A stretch of 64,000 nucleotides of DNA, taken from Batkoa obscura (Eukaryota). The stretch covers positions 1,054,001 to 1,118,000 of the forward strand of contig JASVEC010000011.1 in the NCBI GenBank assembly GCA_030770535.1. The letters are read 5' to 3'. The position numbers and the translations under genes are program-made. The notes beneath the pieces were generated by a model. The model had not been told where the DNA came from, made no database searches, and saw only the letters and a list, made by a program, of their open reading frames with translations. Shown one piece after another: positions 43,549 through 56,801 of the stretch; position 1 is the first letter of the stretch, and each line of letters opens with the position of its first letter.

Positions 43549-43647
43549 GGGGGTATTTTTTATGGTTTCATCACTTTTTTCATTTTTTAAGCGCTATTTG
43601 ACTAGAAAGGTTATCAGTAAAATTCTTAAACTAAAAAATACATCCCC
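43549..43647 (-). mobile_element. MITE copy 8
   Basis: GGGGGTAT...ACATCCCC; flanks AAAG/AAAT (one mismatch). Confidence 0.87.
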
Positions 43648-44264
43648 AAATGCTATAAATTTATTTTAGTATTAATTAATTAAAAATTTAAATAAAAAAT
43701 AATTTATTAAACTATCTTACAAACTTGCTTTTATAATAAACTATTTACAAAAACTTTAATTGATTAGTTTTTATATAATACTAATTAACTAAAATTTTAA
43801 GAAATTACAAATAAAACTGGATAAAAAAACATTTTAGCATATTATTTCAGGATCAAGCAAGAAATTTTTTTATATAACGTTTGATAATTAATTTGCGATT
43901 TTTATTAAAAATCAAAATTAAATTAGATTTTAACTAGGCTTTTAAACTAATACTTTTTATTTATTTTTCAACATTTAAATTAACTTTAAAGTTTTAAGCT
44001 TAAACTGATTAATTTAATTAAATTAAAAGCTAAGCAGATTACTTTTTAAAATAAACTTGTTATTATAAAAATTGTGAAATATCGGTTCATTAACTTTATG
44101 ATTGATTATAACGTAATAATCAATTCAGAGTTCTTTATATAGATTTGCTGTGAGAATTGCTACCACTTGATTACGAAGAACTTATTGTCCATGTTTTAAT
44201 ATCCATACTTGGCAACTATAATAAGGAATAACTGCTATAATACTCCTTATATATAGCCACTCAG

Positions 44265-45153
44265 TTGGAGTATAAAAGAGATTCTTCAACATACTAACTC
44301 GAGGCTTTTTTAATTGAATTACTCCCTGATATCGTATTATTAATAAAGTCACTAAGTCTTTCTGACAATATCTTACATGGGTTTTACAGTAGTATCTTCT
44401 ATTCTATTTATTTTACATAGTTCATAGCCTATTGCATACTATTCTTATTAATTTAAGTCTATCTTAGTTATATAAATTAAAACCTTTTAACTTATAGCTA
44501 GTTAATCAACCAAAAACTGCTTTTAACTCCAACCATTGAGTATCAAATTTTCACACCATTAAAAATAATTTTATATTTATAAAAACATAGTTTAGTAGTT
44601 AAAATTAATAAATATTATGATATTATAATTAATATTTAAACTATTATTAAATTATCAAGCAAAAAAATATATTGAAAAAATAAATAAAGCTGCTTGTTGA
44701 ACTTTTATTAATGTTAAATTAAACTAATAAATATTGGCATTTATTCTAAAAAGTTATTTACTAGCTTATTGATATAAAAATATTATTAGTTATATAAAAA
44801 ATAAAAACAAATAAACAATTTTTTTTAAAATAATTATTAAAAAAAACTAGTAAAGGTATATTTTGTGAAAGTTGATACTCAATGGTTGGAGTTAAAAGCA
44901 GTTTTTGGTTGATTAACTAGCTATAAGTTAAAAGGTTTTAATTTATATAACTAAGATAGACTTAAATTAATAAGAATAGTATGCAATAGGCTATGAACTA
45001 TGTAAAATAAATAGAATAGAAGATACTACTGTAAAACCCATGTAAGATATTGTCAGAAAGACTTAGTGACTTTATTAATAATACGATATCAGGGAGTAAT
45101 TCAATTAAAAAAGCCTCGAGTTAGTATGTTGAAGAATCTCTTTTATACTCCAA
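44265..45153. repeat. Perfect 282-bp inverted repeat (44265-44546 / 44872-45153) with 325-bp AT-rich spacer
   Basis: Base-by-base comparison by eye found no mismatch; diverged homology continues outward to about 44071 and 45362. Confidence 0.95.
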
Positions 45154-45931
45154 TAAGTATGGATATCAAAACGAGTGGATATCATTCTTTGCAATATGAG
45201 GTTAGAAATCCTCACAGAAGATCAAAACAAGGAACTCTGTATTGATTATACCACATGGATCACGGTTAAATTGATTACAAGACTACAACTAGTTTTGTAA
45301 ACAAGTTCAATGATTATTATATTATAATTAATCCGAGAGCTGATAAACCAATATTTCACAATGGTTCTAAGTTAATAAATTGAGCTATTTTTAATTATTA
45401 GCATATTTAAAAAGTTTTAATAAAAATTCTAAGGATAAATCAACCTTTATCAATTATCTAAATGTTTAAAGTGTATGTTTAGATATTTAATACAATTATG
45501 TAGCAAACATTACAGTTCAAAAATATATTATACAGTGATTTATTTTTAATTTATTTTTATAAATATAACTTGTATTGATTTATAACTTTAATTTTATATT
45601 AAATTAATTAAAACTGTAAATTATTTAGCAAAACAATATTAAAATAAAAGTATGATATAAAAACAAAACTATAAAAATACAAAATAATCATGACTAAAAG
45701 TTATATAATTTACTATAAAAATAAATAAAATAAAATTAGTTAATTTTAAAAAATATCAAATTTTGCCTTAATATTAATTCATACTCTAATACTATTTTTG
45801 ATTTATTATATATTAAAGCATTTAAATATTTATATATAAATAGTATTTTTTATTTTTATTTTTGAAAGTTATATACAATATATAAGGATGTCTGAATTGA
45901 TTTCATTTTTTTATCTAATTTTTAAATATAT

Positions 45932-46031
45932 GGGGATGTATTTTTTTATCCAAGAATTTTACTAACAATTTTTCCGCTCAAACAGCGCTTAAAAAATAGA
46001 AAAAGTAATGAAACCAAAAAAAAACATCCTC
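45932..46031 (+). mobile_element. MITE copy 9
   Basis: GGGGATGT...ACATCCTC with ATAT/ATAT TSD. Confidence 0.9.
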
Positions 46032-46046
46032 ATATATTTTTAATAG

Positions 46047-47691
46047 GTAGAGAAACACTCTTTAGTACAAGGCAAGCTATAAAACAACATCAAGCAATTA
46101 ATACTGAAAATTTACTAGAAATAAAGAATTCCGTCACCAAAGAGTAACTAATTTATATAATTTATATAATTTGTATAAGCTAGTAATTAATAAATTAGAA
46201 AAAAATCACTACTCTTTCATTTTCAGAAAAAGTAATAGAAAGCATGAAAAATTCGGTTAAAAAGAATGTGGATAATCTTATAAATAAAGTGGATACCCTT
46301 TCAGCTCAAAGCCAGAAATTAGATCTTGGGCTTCACTTTCACTGCCTTGTCTTTGTAAGCTATCTTGAAAATAGTCAATAATTATAATAGTGTAACTGTT
46401 AGAATGTAATCGGAGGCCTGGCTTTTGGGAAATCATTTAGCATGTTATCAAATGGTAATCATCCAGTAATAGGATGGATCCAAGATGTATTTAAAAACAG
46501 TCTACTGGTAAACTGTTTCTTTATATACCATATAGAATTACTTATATCATTTCAGTTACTCATATTCCCATTTATGAGACATTATCAATTTTATAGCATT
46601 AAAAGCATATATAGGGTACCACTTTTAAAATTATTGCTCAGTTTCATTTAACCGATATTAGTTTCCCTATGAAGTAATAAGAGAAGCTAGAAATAATCCT
46701 ACTAAACCTACTATTTTAAGTGCTTTAATCCAAGCAACGGATCCGGACACTTGAAAAAAATTGAGTGAAAAAGATATAGCTGAGGAATCGATGCTATAAC
46801 TGTAATTATAGGGTGATGTTTTTTTTTGGTTTCATTATTTTTTCTATTTTTTAAGCGTTATTTGATCGGAAAGATTGCTAGTAAAATTCTTAAACACAAA
46901 AATACATCCCCATAGATCATTTGTATGTTTTCTTTTAAAATTAATTCTTTATAGCTCCGCTGGAACAGATACCACCTCCAATTTACTTACATGATAACTT
47001 GATATAGTTAAAAGCTTTGCAAAAACTAACTAACATAATAAGTTGTTTTATTTGCTATCTAATCATCCAGAAATATATCAAAATGTTAAAGAAGAGATAT
47101 TCATGATATTCCCAGATGAAAACTCGATTATTTACACTAAATGTAAATCAAAATACCATTATCCTAATTCTGTAATTTATGAAAGTTTAAGAATTTTACC
47201 AGTAGTTGGTGGCACCACGACAAGATCTGTGCCCAAAGGAGACAGAATCATTGATGGGTATTATATACCAGAGAACGTAACTAAAATAATAAATAAAAAT
47301 TCACAAGATAATATTATTTTAGGTCACAGTTGGAGTAAACATTAATACTTTATATAATTTACCATCGCAATGGAAGAATCCAAATCAATTTGATCCTCAA
47401 AGATGGTACTAAATGGAAAATTTTAAATTAATTCCAACTTCTCACCATTTATAATAGAACCCAGAGCTTATATTGGTAGGATGTAAGTATCACTTAATGA
47501 AACAAGATTATTATTTACTTTTAATAACTAGTTTGGCTTAGATGGAATTATATCTGGTTACTGCTAATTTGATAAGAAATTTTATTTTCAAAAGAGATAT
47601 TGGAAAGGATATTGGAAAGGATATTAAATGTAAATATTTTATAACTGCTCAACCTGTTAAATCTATTGAAGTTTTTATTATTAAACATTAG
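46047..47691 (+). pseudogene. Cytochrome P450 pseudogene
   Basis: GLAFGKSF, AGTDTT (I-helix), ESLR (ExxR), FDPQRW; several in-frame stops; heme motif decayed to PFIIEPRAYIG (Cys lost); no 5' exons found. Confidence 0.88.
46812..46911 (-). mobile_element. MITE copy 10, inside an intron of the P450 pseudogene
   Basis: GGTGATGT...ACATCCCC with ATAG/ATAG TSD, between donor GTAATT (46802) and the acceptor preceding AGTDTT. Confidence 0.9.
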
Positions 47692-48199
47692 TAGTGATTA
47701 GTAAATGCAGACAAACAAACTTTGGTTGAATATTTTAAATCATTCCTTCAAAAGGTTTGCTTTGAGTAGATACTAGCTTTTAAAGTTTGAATTTTTAAAG
47801 CAATAATAAAATTTCTTTCAAATATAATTTCTATTTACTATACTGCTTTTGAACATATGTATTAGATAGTTTATTAAATTAATGTACCAATTTAATATAT
47901 TGTTTTAATATTACTTATTTACACTCTTTCTTTTAAAATATTAGCTTTTATATTATTTTATAATATTAAAAATGTAAAAAGTACAGTAGCAGTACACATC
48001 GAGTCTAAATTCTTCATATTATTTTATTTATTTTCGTCTATTCTGAGATTTTTTAATTACCTTAATGATTAAAGACAATCTGTATTTTATAACATTGAAA
48101 AATAAAACTTTTAACATAATTAAATACAAGGATTATTAGCTTTAGAAATAAAAATATAAAATATAAATATTAAATGTAAATAAATGCTAAATCCAGGCT

Positions 48200-49927
48200 T
48201 TAAATATATTTTGTTTCGATATATTCAATAATATTAGTATTAATAGTAGCTATAGAATTAAATACCTCAATTTCACTTGACTGTTTCAAGTAGTTTAGCC
48301 CATTTTCAATTGCGGTGTCAAAGTTTATATTACTTTTTACTTTATATCGAATAAGAAAGATAGTACATTGAGTAATTATACTCAACCCAAAGCTAAACAT
48401 ATCAGCCCCTTTTAATCTCGTACCATAAATAATAGTTAAATGACATTCCATTAATATTTCCTTTAAGTACCCACTTCCATTTTCTGATGAAGACTGGGTT
48501 GAAAATTGATTAGTGTTTAGTTGTGTTGGATGATAAAATTTTAGAGATAACAAAAAAAGCTTCAGAAAATGGCAAATGAATAGTATGATGTTTCTATAAA
48601 CTTGGATTAGAGGATCCAAAGCTTTCAAGTATGGCATTATGCTTAACTGAGAAATTGCTACAAAGTAGTGTTCCTTTATACTTTTAATTTTGTTCATTAA
48701 AAGTATAGTCGTTTCTTTAGTTCTTGTATTTTCTTCATTGTACATTATATAACTTTCTTTTAGTAAGCGTATATGAAAGGCTATTAAACTTGAATCGCAG
48801 TAAAATGAACAAATTGTAACTTTACAATATACATCGAAACTCTCATCATCAACAGACATCAATCCTTTAATATTTTTAAGACTATTTCTAATATTGAAGT
48901 ATTCATATGGTAAATAAGCTGGTTTTTGAGGCATAGATAAATAAAACCCAGTTATTAATATGGTAAAGGTTTGAAGCATTGTTATACACGAATATAACAT
49001 GACCCTTTCTAGTAACATATATCGATGCGTATTTTTAGGACAATAGTCTAGGCCTAGTATATGGACTGCCTTTGCACAATATGCAAGATAATTTGTAAAT
49101 TTAGAATAAACTCAATTGATTAAATGCGAATAAAATAATAGTATAGAAATTGCTTGAATATTTTGTAGCATTGGCTTGGTTGAATGAGGTACACCGAAAT
49201 GAACTCTAAGTTTGCTTTTGAAATACCCAGTAAGGTAGTTAGTTGTCTCGTTTTTTTCCATATGACTTAAACCAACTAATAATATTGCTATTTTCAAAGG
49301 ATCTTTTTTTAAAGAAATATCAAAGTGAGATCTTATAAATACAGGAAATATTTTATTACTATATTCAAAAAAGCATTCATAAGCTTCACTTAATACAGAA
49401 TTTAAATTTGTTATCCTTCGAACCTCTAGTGTGTTATGTGGCCTTAATGTGCTTTGTATCTTTACAGCCGAAGCAAACTTTATACTTAAATCTAAAAATA
49501 CAGATTGGTTTTGATTTCGACTAAATAACGATGGATATTGGAATAAATTCATTAAATTATAGAAAGTTTTCTTATCTGGATAGCTCCTAAATAGTTCCAA
49601 TACTGTCTGATTTTGAAAAGACTTAATTGATCTAATCAGCTGTGAGCCATTTTCATGTGTATCTATAATCTCTACCTTTTCTTCTGTTTGTTTAGCTTTG
49701 TTGGTAACTTTCTTTTTTGTTGATCCTTTTAATTTAAATCTCGATATATTTTCTTCTATTCTAAGCAACTGTTTACTATATATATTCTTTGTTAAATAAG
49801 TACACACTACTTTCCTCTTTTCACAAGCTTGACAAATTGGTAACGCTCTATCACATTTACGATGAAGTTTTATACATCTATCGCATCTAATTGAGCTACG
49901 AGAAATAGTTTGTATGTCTGATTGCAT
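48200..49927 (-). pseudogene. Zn(II)2Cys6 transcription factor interrupted by one in-frame TGA (49112-49114)
   Basis: CDRCIKLHRKCDRALPICQACEKRKVVC zinc cluster; the 31 codons between the two track ORFs are open and in frame and contain AVHILGLD. Confidence 0.75.
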
Positions 49928-51567
49928 TAATATTAAGGAAACAAAAGAGATAGGTGAAAAAATTTAGAATGGACCTTAATATAATTTTATAAAATGTGAA
50001 CTTTCCAGGTTAATTGAAATAAAAACTTGAACAAATCAACTTATGTTTGCCTAGGTTTCCTTTTTTTGAGATCACTCATACTTTTTTAAATTATTTATGA
50101 ACCGTATTTTTTATATCACATTTTTTATTAAAAATTTTAATAAATATCACGGATTATTAATATTAATATTAATTATAAGAGGTAGTAGTAAAAGGTGGTT
50201 AATTGTTTTGAACCTTTGAGCTCAATAAATTCTTAATATTTACAAAAAAATACTAATAAGTAGAAAAATACCAAGATGCCATATCTAAATATAACGTCGA
50301 AAATAATCAACTTTAATGTTAATGCCAACTTTGATTTCTTGGATCAAGCATAAGACAAATCCTCCCTTAACCTTTTAATATAGCTTATTACCAAATGGTT
50401 TAATATCAATTCATAATTTGACCTTAATTATAAAATCCTTATCTACATTTAATATCAATAAAATGTTACTATAGCTGCAAAATTATCTGTAATTGTTCTA
50501 GATTTAAAATTGCGATTTCAAAAGGGATTCTTAACTTTAAGTAATATAAATATAATAGTTGTTTAAAATAAAGTTTATTTTTTTTATTTAAAATATGAAA
50601 TAATGTGTTTCTAAATTAATTACGTACCAATATTTTTATTATACAAACTAAGTTATAACTCATTAGTTATAAATAAATTACCTAGAAGGAGGTTACATCG
50701 TATTTATAAAACAGCTATATGATAAAAAAATACAAAAATTACTATAACGAAATATTAAAATTACTACAAGAACATTATAACACCCATATACAATGTTTTA
50801 TAGCTTTATTCCTACTAAGCATACTAAAAGGGCAGGGAAATGTCGATGTTAAACTGAAGAATGCTACTAAATGCTTTCTGAAGTTAATTTATTCCCAGTT
50901 AAAAGCTTTTAACTTTTAATCTTGTATTAATTTTAGTTAAATTGTGATAGCTATATGCAATAAATCCTATTACAACTCCATCCAGAATAAATATGACTGG
51001 TTTGTTAATTGGTTCTTAATAGATAAATTCCATTTATTTTGCATAGTTATATGATTTTTTTTTATTTTTTTTAACATCACTTTATATTGTTTATATTTTA
51101 GTGCATATATATGCTTTTGTCTTTATTTATTTATAGTTTTTATAGTTTTTATCAATATCATGTTACTACAATTATTCTTTATTTAAATGTAACAATATGA
51201 ACGTCATCAAACTAATTAGACTATTTTATAAAAATGATCTCTACTTTCAGTATTAGCAACTTTCTTTTAAAATCATTGCACTTTGTTTAGAAAATACTAG
51301 CTCAGCAATCTGCAAACCAATTGCTGATAAATTTTGAGATCATTTTCCAACTTACCAAACAATGAAATTATGCAAAGTAAAGAAGCAATAGCCAATTATA
51401 ATGAGCCAAATGGAAAATTTAAGCTACCAACAAATCGTACTAATTTAACGGTATTTAATTGGTTAAAAATGAAAAAATTAAGATTTGAGTATTTAAAAAT
51501 AAATAAATAAAGTTTAAAAAAAGCATTCTTTTATTAAAATTCATAATAAAAACCAAACTATAGCACC

Positions 51568-52596
51568 ATGAAGCTATTAGTATTCCTATTTGTTTTAGCC
51601 TCCGTATTAAGTTTATCCGTCCAAGCCTTTAAAAAAATTGTCAAGGTAAATTTTATTGACGAAGGTATCGAAGAAATTACACTTGATGTCAAAACCAAAG
51701 CTTATGAGTGCAAAGATACTTCTTATAAAGTGCTCAATGTCATACCTAACTTAGCTGATTCCCTTTATGAGAAATTTTTATCCGCTGAGACCCCAGTTGG
51801 AAAGGTAACTAAAGAATATACTGGCTATGCAACTAATTGGATCAATGAAAAATACAACTCAATGATACAAAATAACCAAGCAAACTTTGTAGTAAATGAT
51901 GAAGCCGTTAATGAAAAGGTACGTAAAAATGTAAAGAAAGTGGATGTTTTTGAATTGATTGAAAAAAGATTTCAAGAAATTATCGAACCTGTTTACCCTC
52001 ATTTATTAAAAGCATACAACAATTTTGATAAATATTATGAAATTGTCGTTGAAAACATTAGAAAAGGTATTAAGTTAGCTCAAAAATACATTGTTGCCGA
52101 ATACAATCAAATTGTAAAGAATTATAATAGTCATCCAATAGTCGCTAAGAATAAAGGATCCCAATTCCAATTTATTAATGTACTTAATAAGAATATCCAA
52201 GATATTAGAAAATGGTACCACAAAGCATTACCAGCAACTGTTCAAGTTGAAAACATAGTCTATCATAACCTTGATAACTTTCAAAAACGAGGTAGTAAAT
52301 TATATAATCAAGCTTATGAATCTGGATGTGATTACTTTAAAACAATTACCCAAAGCAATGGACTTAAAGCGGTTGAAATCGATAGTAAAAAAGAAACCAA
52401 AGCCCCAAGAAATACTGAAACCAAATATTTCAATTGCCGTTTAATTACTAAGTTCGGTACCAAAGTTGATCCTAAATCCACTGATATTCATGAAAAAGTA
52501 AAGGAGATTATCAAGAAGGATGTTTATTCGGAAGTTATTATGGGATATAAAATGAAAGATAAACAAAATAGAGTCTATCTTAAATTAGTGTGTTAA
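51568..52596 (+). CDS. Secreted protein of unknown function, intronless, predicted helical
   Basis: Signal peptide MKLLVFLFVLASVLSLSVQA; 342-aa ORF; no motif recognised. Confidence 0.75.
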   Translation: MKLLVFLFVLASVLSLSVQAFKKIVKVNFIDEGIEEITLDVKTKAYECKDTSYKVLNVIPNLADSLYEKFLSAETPVGKVTKEYTGYATNWINEKYNSMIQNNQANFVVNDEAVNEKVRKNVKKVDVFELIEKRFQEIIEPVYPHLLKAYNNFDKYYEIVVENIRKGIKLAQKYIVAEYNQIVKNYNSHPIVAKNKGSQFQFINVLNKNIQDIRKWYHKALPATVQVENIVYHNLDNFQKRGSKLYNQAYESGCDYFKTITQSNGLKAVEIDSKKETKAPRNTETKYFNCRLITKFGTKVDPKSTDIHEKVKEIIKKDVYSEVIMGYKMKDKQNRVYLKLVC

Positions 52597-52964
52597 TACG
52601 TAAATAATACTATCGCTCGCTTTTGCTGAAATAAAAATTTTGATATTATTATTTTGCTTTTTACTTATTTTTTGTCTTATAATTGTTATATGCGATGGAC
52701 TTTACATTGTTTTATTAATTTGTACAAGTTTTAACCTTGATTATCCATACTATATCTCATAACTTATTTTTGTTAAAATGTTTAAACTTTCATGCACTAT
52801 AATTTAAATTAAACAGAAGTCTTAAAGCTATTTACTGAGTTTACAGGATTTAACTTTAAATGACTCAAATATAAAATATAGCATGGATTAAACAATACAC
52901 TATTAGTAATCATCTTTATTCACTAAAAAAATGAAAAATTTAAAAAACAGTTAATAAAACACTC

Positions 52965-54206
52965 CTATTGTTGGAAATGGGGATGAATAACACCTTCTTC
53001 ATTATTATCATTTTGAAGGGGTTGATAACTAGCTTTCTTTTGTTGATACTTAAAATAATTATACCAAGCAATCCCAACAATAGAAATAATTAAACTAAAA
53101 AAAAATATTAGCTTAAATATTATATAATAGAAAATAAAGGATTTACCCAAAATAATTCAATAAACTTAATGTATCTTTAAATAATAATACTGAAATAGCG
53201 ATCATCATAACTTCTTTAGAGATACCAGTAATTGACATAGTTAATGTTGAAGTAAGTTGAATTAAACCAAACTCCGCTAAAGTCATTAAAAAAGCGATAA
53301 GACCACCAATGAGTACTAAAATCCAAGAGGGTAAATAAGTATGCGAGTTAGTAGCAAACATATGACTAGGTAAATTTAATATATCTTCAAAAAAGAGGGA
53401 ACAAATGAACATGAACACACTCATAACAGGTGCCACTTTATAAAGGGTAACAATAGGGTGGTCTAATCCAAGCTCACTATTTTGTAATAAAATTTGAGTT
53501 AAACACCATTTTATACCGGAACTTATTGAGCCAACTAAAATTAATATAAAGCCCAAAAAATTAAAGGTAGTGTTATTGATAGAAGCTAAAGCTACACCAA
53601 CACATATTAATACTATTATTAAGATTAATTGGACTCTCACTTTTTCTAACTTTAATATAAAAGAAAACAATAGCACCCAAATTGGTACTGTAGATTTTAT
53701 CACAGTATAAAAACTTAATGTTACAAACATTAATGCAGCATTACATGTACTGATTTCTAAACCTCCGGCAATGGCGCATGGAGCCTTGGATTAAAAATTA
53801 ACTTATAGAAAATAGAAAATAAAAAAGAGAGACAAACTTACCACTTTAAGCCAAAAATCTTTTTCAAAAAAAGAGACCACTCTTTTATCATTAAACTCGG
53901 TCGCTGTATTATGATAGTTTGGAAATTGACTTGGTTGTAGATAATTGATAAAAAAATAAGATAAAAAAAAGTGAAAACAAGCATGAAATGAAGAGGACAA
54001 TAATGGATATTTAAAATTATTATATTTTTCTCCAAATAATATCTTATTGATAGAGCTTAACCCTGCTGAACACGCAAACCAAGTTATTATACATAGCAGT
54101 ATTTTGATTGTGTTCAGGCTTAATCTAGAGGTTTTGAAATGGATTGTTATTATTATTGAATAAATTGATAGATGTATAGTTACTTGTTTTTTATGGTTTG
54201 ATACAT
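52965..54206 (-). CDS. TPT/SLC35C2-like nucleotide-sugar transporter, 4 exons
   Basis: WF..S.GLS.INK, FKYPL, SFYTVIKSTVPIWVL.F, SGIKW.LTQILL, TSTLTMSITGI.KE; multiple TM segments. Confidence 0.85.
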
Positions 54207-54551
54207 CCTTTTTAAATATCTAAAAAATAAATTAAACAATACAAAAATGAAAAATTTGAATATCTCAATAAATGTTAGTTGAAACTAAAATCTCGTTAAA
54301 ATAGTGTAGCTTTTTATTATCAACTGATAAATTAGTAAGGTTTCGACTTGAATTTTATTGGTTCCTTAAGGGAAAATGAAAGGAGTCTCAGTGTCATTAT
54401 TTAAAATTTTGCATTTTTTGCAATAATTTGATACTAACAAATTAAACTAATAAAACGCACCTACATCATCTTAAAAAAGAAAGCAAACTTCTAATTCGGA
54501 CAAATTCAATTCAATTTTTTAGTTCACAAATAAATTAAATATACTAATAAA

Positions 54552-56087
54552 ATGGAATATGAAGAAGTATTAACAAATCAACCTATAGTAATAGATAATG
54601 TAAGCTGCAATAATATTTAAAAAAAAGATTCAAATAATCAATACCAAATAAAAGGGTTCAGGTGTTATCAAGAGTGGTTTTGCTGGTGCAACCTCACCAA
54701 AATCGTATTTTCCATCAATGTAATTCATTATTAACCTTCGTTTCCACTTTTTTAATTAAAGAAATTAATCCATTCTTAGTGTAGGTCATCCTAAGCATAC
54801 AAGAGTGTTGGCAGGAGGAGTAGAAGGGGATACATTTATTGGTAAAAGAGCGGAAGAGCTTCGAGGTTTATTAAAATTGAGTTATCCAATTGAACATGGA
54901 ACTATCAATAATTGGGATGATATGGAAACTATTTGGAGACATTTATATAGTCAAGAGTTAGATGTTTCTTCAGAAGAGGTAACTATTTATGAGATAGAAA
55001 ATAGAGTTTTAATTAATATTCAACTTCTTTTTTAGCATCCCGTTTTGTTAACTGAAGCCCCATTTTCACCAACTCAAATGAGGGATAGAGCAGCTCAAAT
55101 TTTTTTTGAAACATTTAATGTACCTTCCTTTCTAACTTCGGTTCAAGCTATTTTAAGTTTGTAAGTTCCATTCTTATAATAAATAGAATTTTTGATTTAA
55201 TTTAACAACAGATATGCTTCCGGTCGTACCACAGGTATAGTATTAGATTGCGGTGATGGAGTAACTCATGCAGTACCGATTTATGAAGGTTTTTCTATGC
55301 CAAATGCAGTCAAAAGAGTGGATATTGCCGGAAGGTAAGTAAAAATTGAAGTCATCATATTATACAGCGACTAAAGAAAAATATAAATGTATAGAGATGT
55401 AACTGAATACCTTCAAGTATTATTACGTAAAGGAGGGTATAATTTTCATACCAGTGCCGAAAAAGAAATTGTTCGATTAATTAAAGAAAAAACATGTTAT
55501 GTTAGTTCTTCACCTAATAAAGAAGCTAAAGAAACAAGTGGTAAGGTTTCCGACTTTTTATTACCAGATGGACAGATTATTAAAGTAAGTGAATGATTTT
55601 ATTTTATTGAGATTTCAGAGTTGATGTATTAATTTATCTATTTTATAGCTAGGTTCTGAACGCTACAGAGCGGCTGAGATTTTATTTAATCCGGAAATTT
55701 ATGGATTAGAATATTCAGGATTACCACAAGTGATTGTGGATTCGATATCTAAAGTGGATTTAGATTTAAGAGCCGATCTTTATAAAAATATAGTATTATC
55801 AGGTGGTTCGACTTTATTTAAAGGTTTTGGTGAACGTATGCTCCAAGATATACGTAAATTAGCACCTAAAGATCTAAAAATTAAAATTACCGCTCCTCCT
55901 GAAAGAAAGTTTACTACTTGGATTGGTGGTTCCATTTTGGCCTCACTTTCTACCTTTAAAAAAGTAAGTTTTTTATAGCTATTATAAGCTGTGGGTGAAG
56001 TGTTAATGTTTTTTTAATTAGATGATGGTCACTATTGATGAATATCGTGAAGATCCACGAATCATTCATACTCGTTCTATTTGTTAG
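54552..56087 (+). CDS. ARP1: Actin-related protein 1 (centractin, dynactin), 8 exons
   Basis: [68 protein letters not shown]. Confidence 0.93.
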
Positions 56088-56449
56088 TAGTTATTTTTGC
56101 ACCATTGGAAGCTAGTTGGAACTATTTTTTTTATAAAAAATAAATGATATAAGTTTGTTGTTTATAAATAGTTTTTTTTTGAATAATATCAAATATCCTT
56201 ATATCTTTTTAAAGAATTTATTTAATAATGATATATAAATTATCCTTTTTTTTTCAATATTTAAAATTGAACTTTTTTTGAATTAGAAAGTATTAATAGT
56301 TAAATTAATAAATCAAATGGAAGATAATCAAAAACAAACAATCTTAAAAAAATATTCTAAAAATCCAGTTAAAAAATATTAGAATTGGTTATCAATCAAG
56401 AATTTATTAAATCCTAAACAAACTCTAAATCTTTCATCAATTCACTCAT

Positions 56450-56801
56450 TTATTTCTAGAAAAATTCATTAGCGAAAAACCCTCACCAAAAAAAATAAAA
56501 CTTACAGTGATCATCTTATACATTTTATAAGTAGCACCAACAGATCCAGCAGCGATCAAAGTGCAGAGAACTCCAAAGATAAGTTTATCGGAGCTACCTT
56601 TACGAAGATAAAGCAAAGAGTTGCTTGGTTTCTAAAGAATGAACAAATATTAGTTTGATTGATTTTGTTTATATTGTTATTGTTAGCATTGTTGTTGTTT
56701 TAATTTATGGCTTTTATGCTGGAGTAATGAATTTTAAGTCTTCTACTTACTTGGAAAAAAATTTGTTGTTGACGTATAGTATTTGGGTTATTAAAACTCA
56801 T
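56450..56801 (-). CDS. COX7: Cytochrome c oxidase subunit VIIa/Cox7-like (3 exons; not in ORF track)
   Basis: MSFNNPNTIRQQQIFFQ|KPSNSLLYLRKGSSDKLIFGVLCTLIAAGSVGATYKMYKMIT|K-stop resembles the COX7A pattern N...Q..FQ....LYL.G..D plus one TM. Confidence 0.78.

Noticed and set aside
45015..45246. ~76-codon open frame running out of the right arm of the inverted repeat
   Set aside because: No recognisable protein, no clear start, and the frame is not preserved in the diverged part of the left arm.
43243..46031. Oppositely oriented MITEs around the palindrome as ends of one composite element or part of the inverted duplication
   Set aside because: Each copy has its own TSD and their flanks are not visibly homologous, so independent insertions are simpler.
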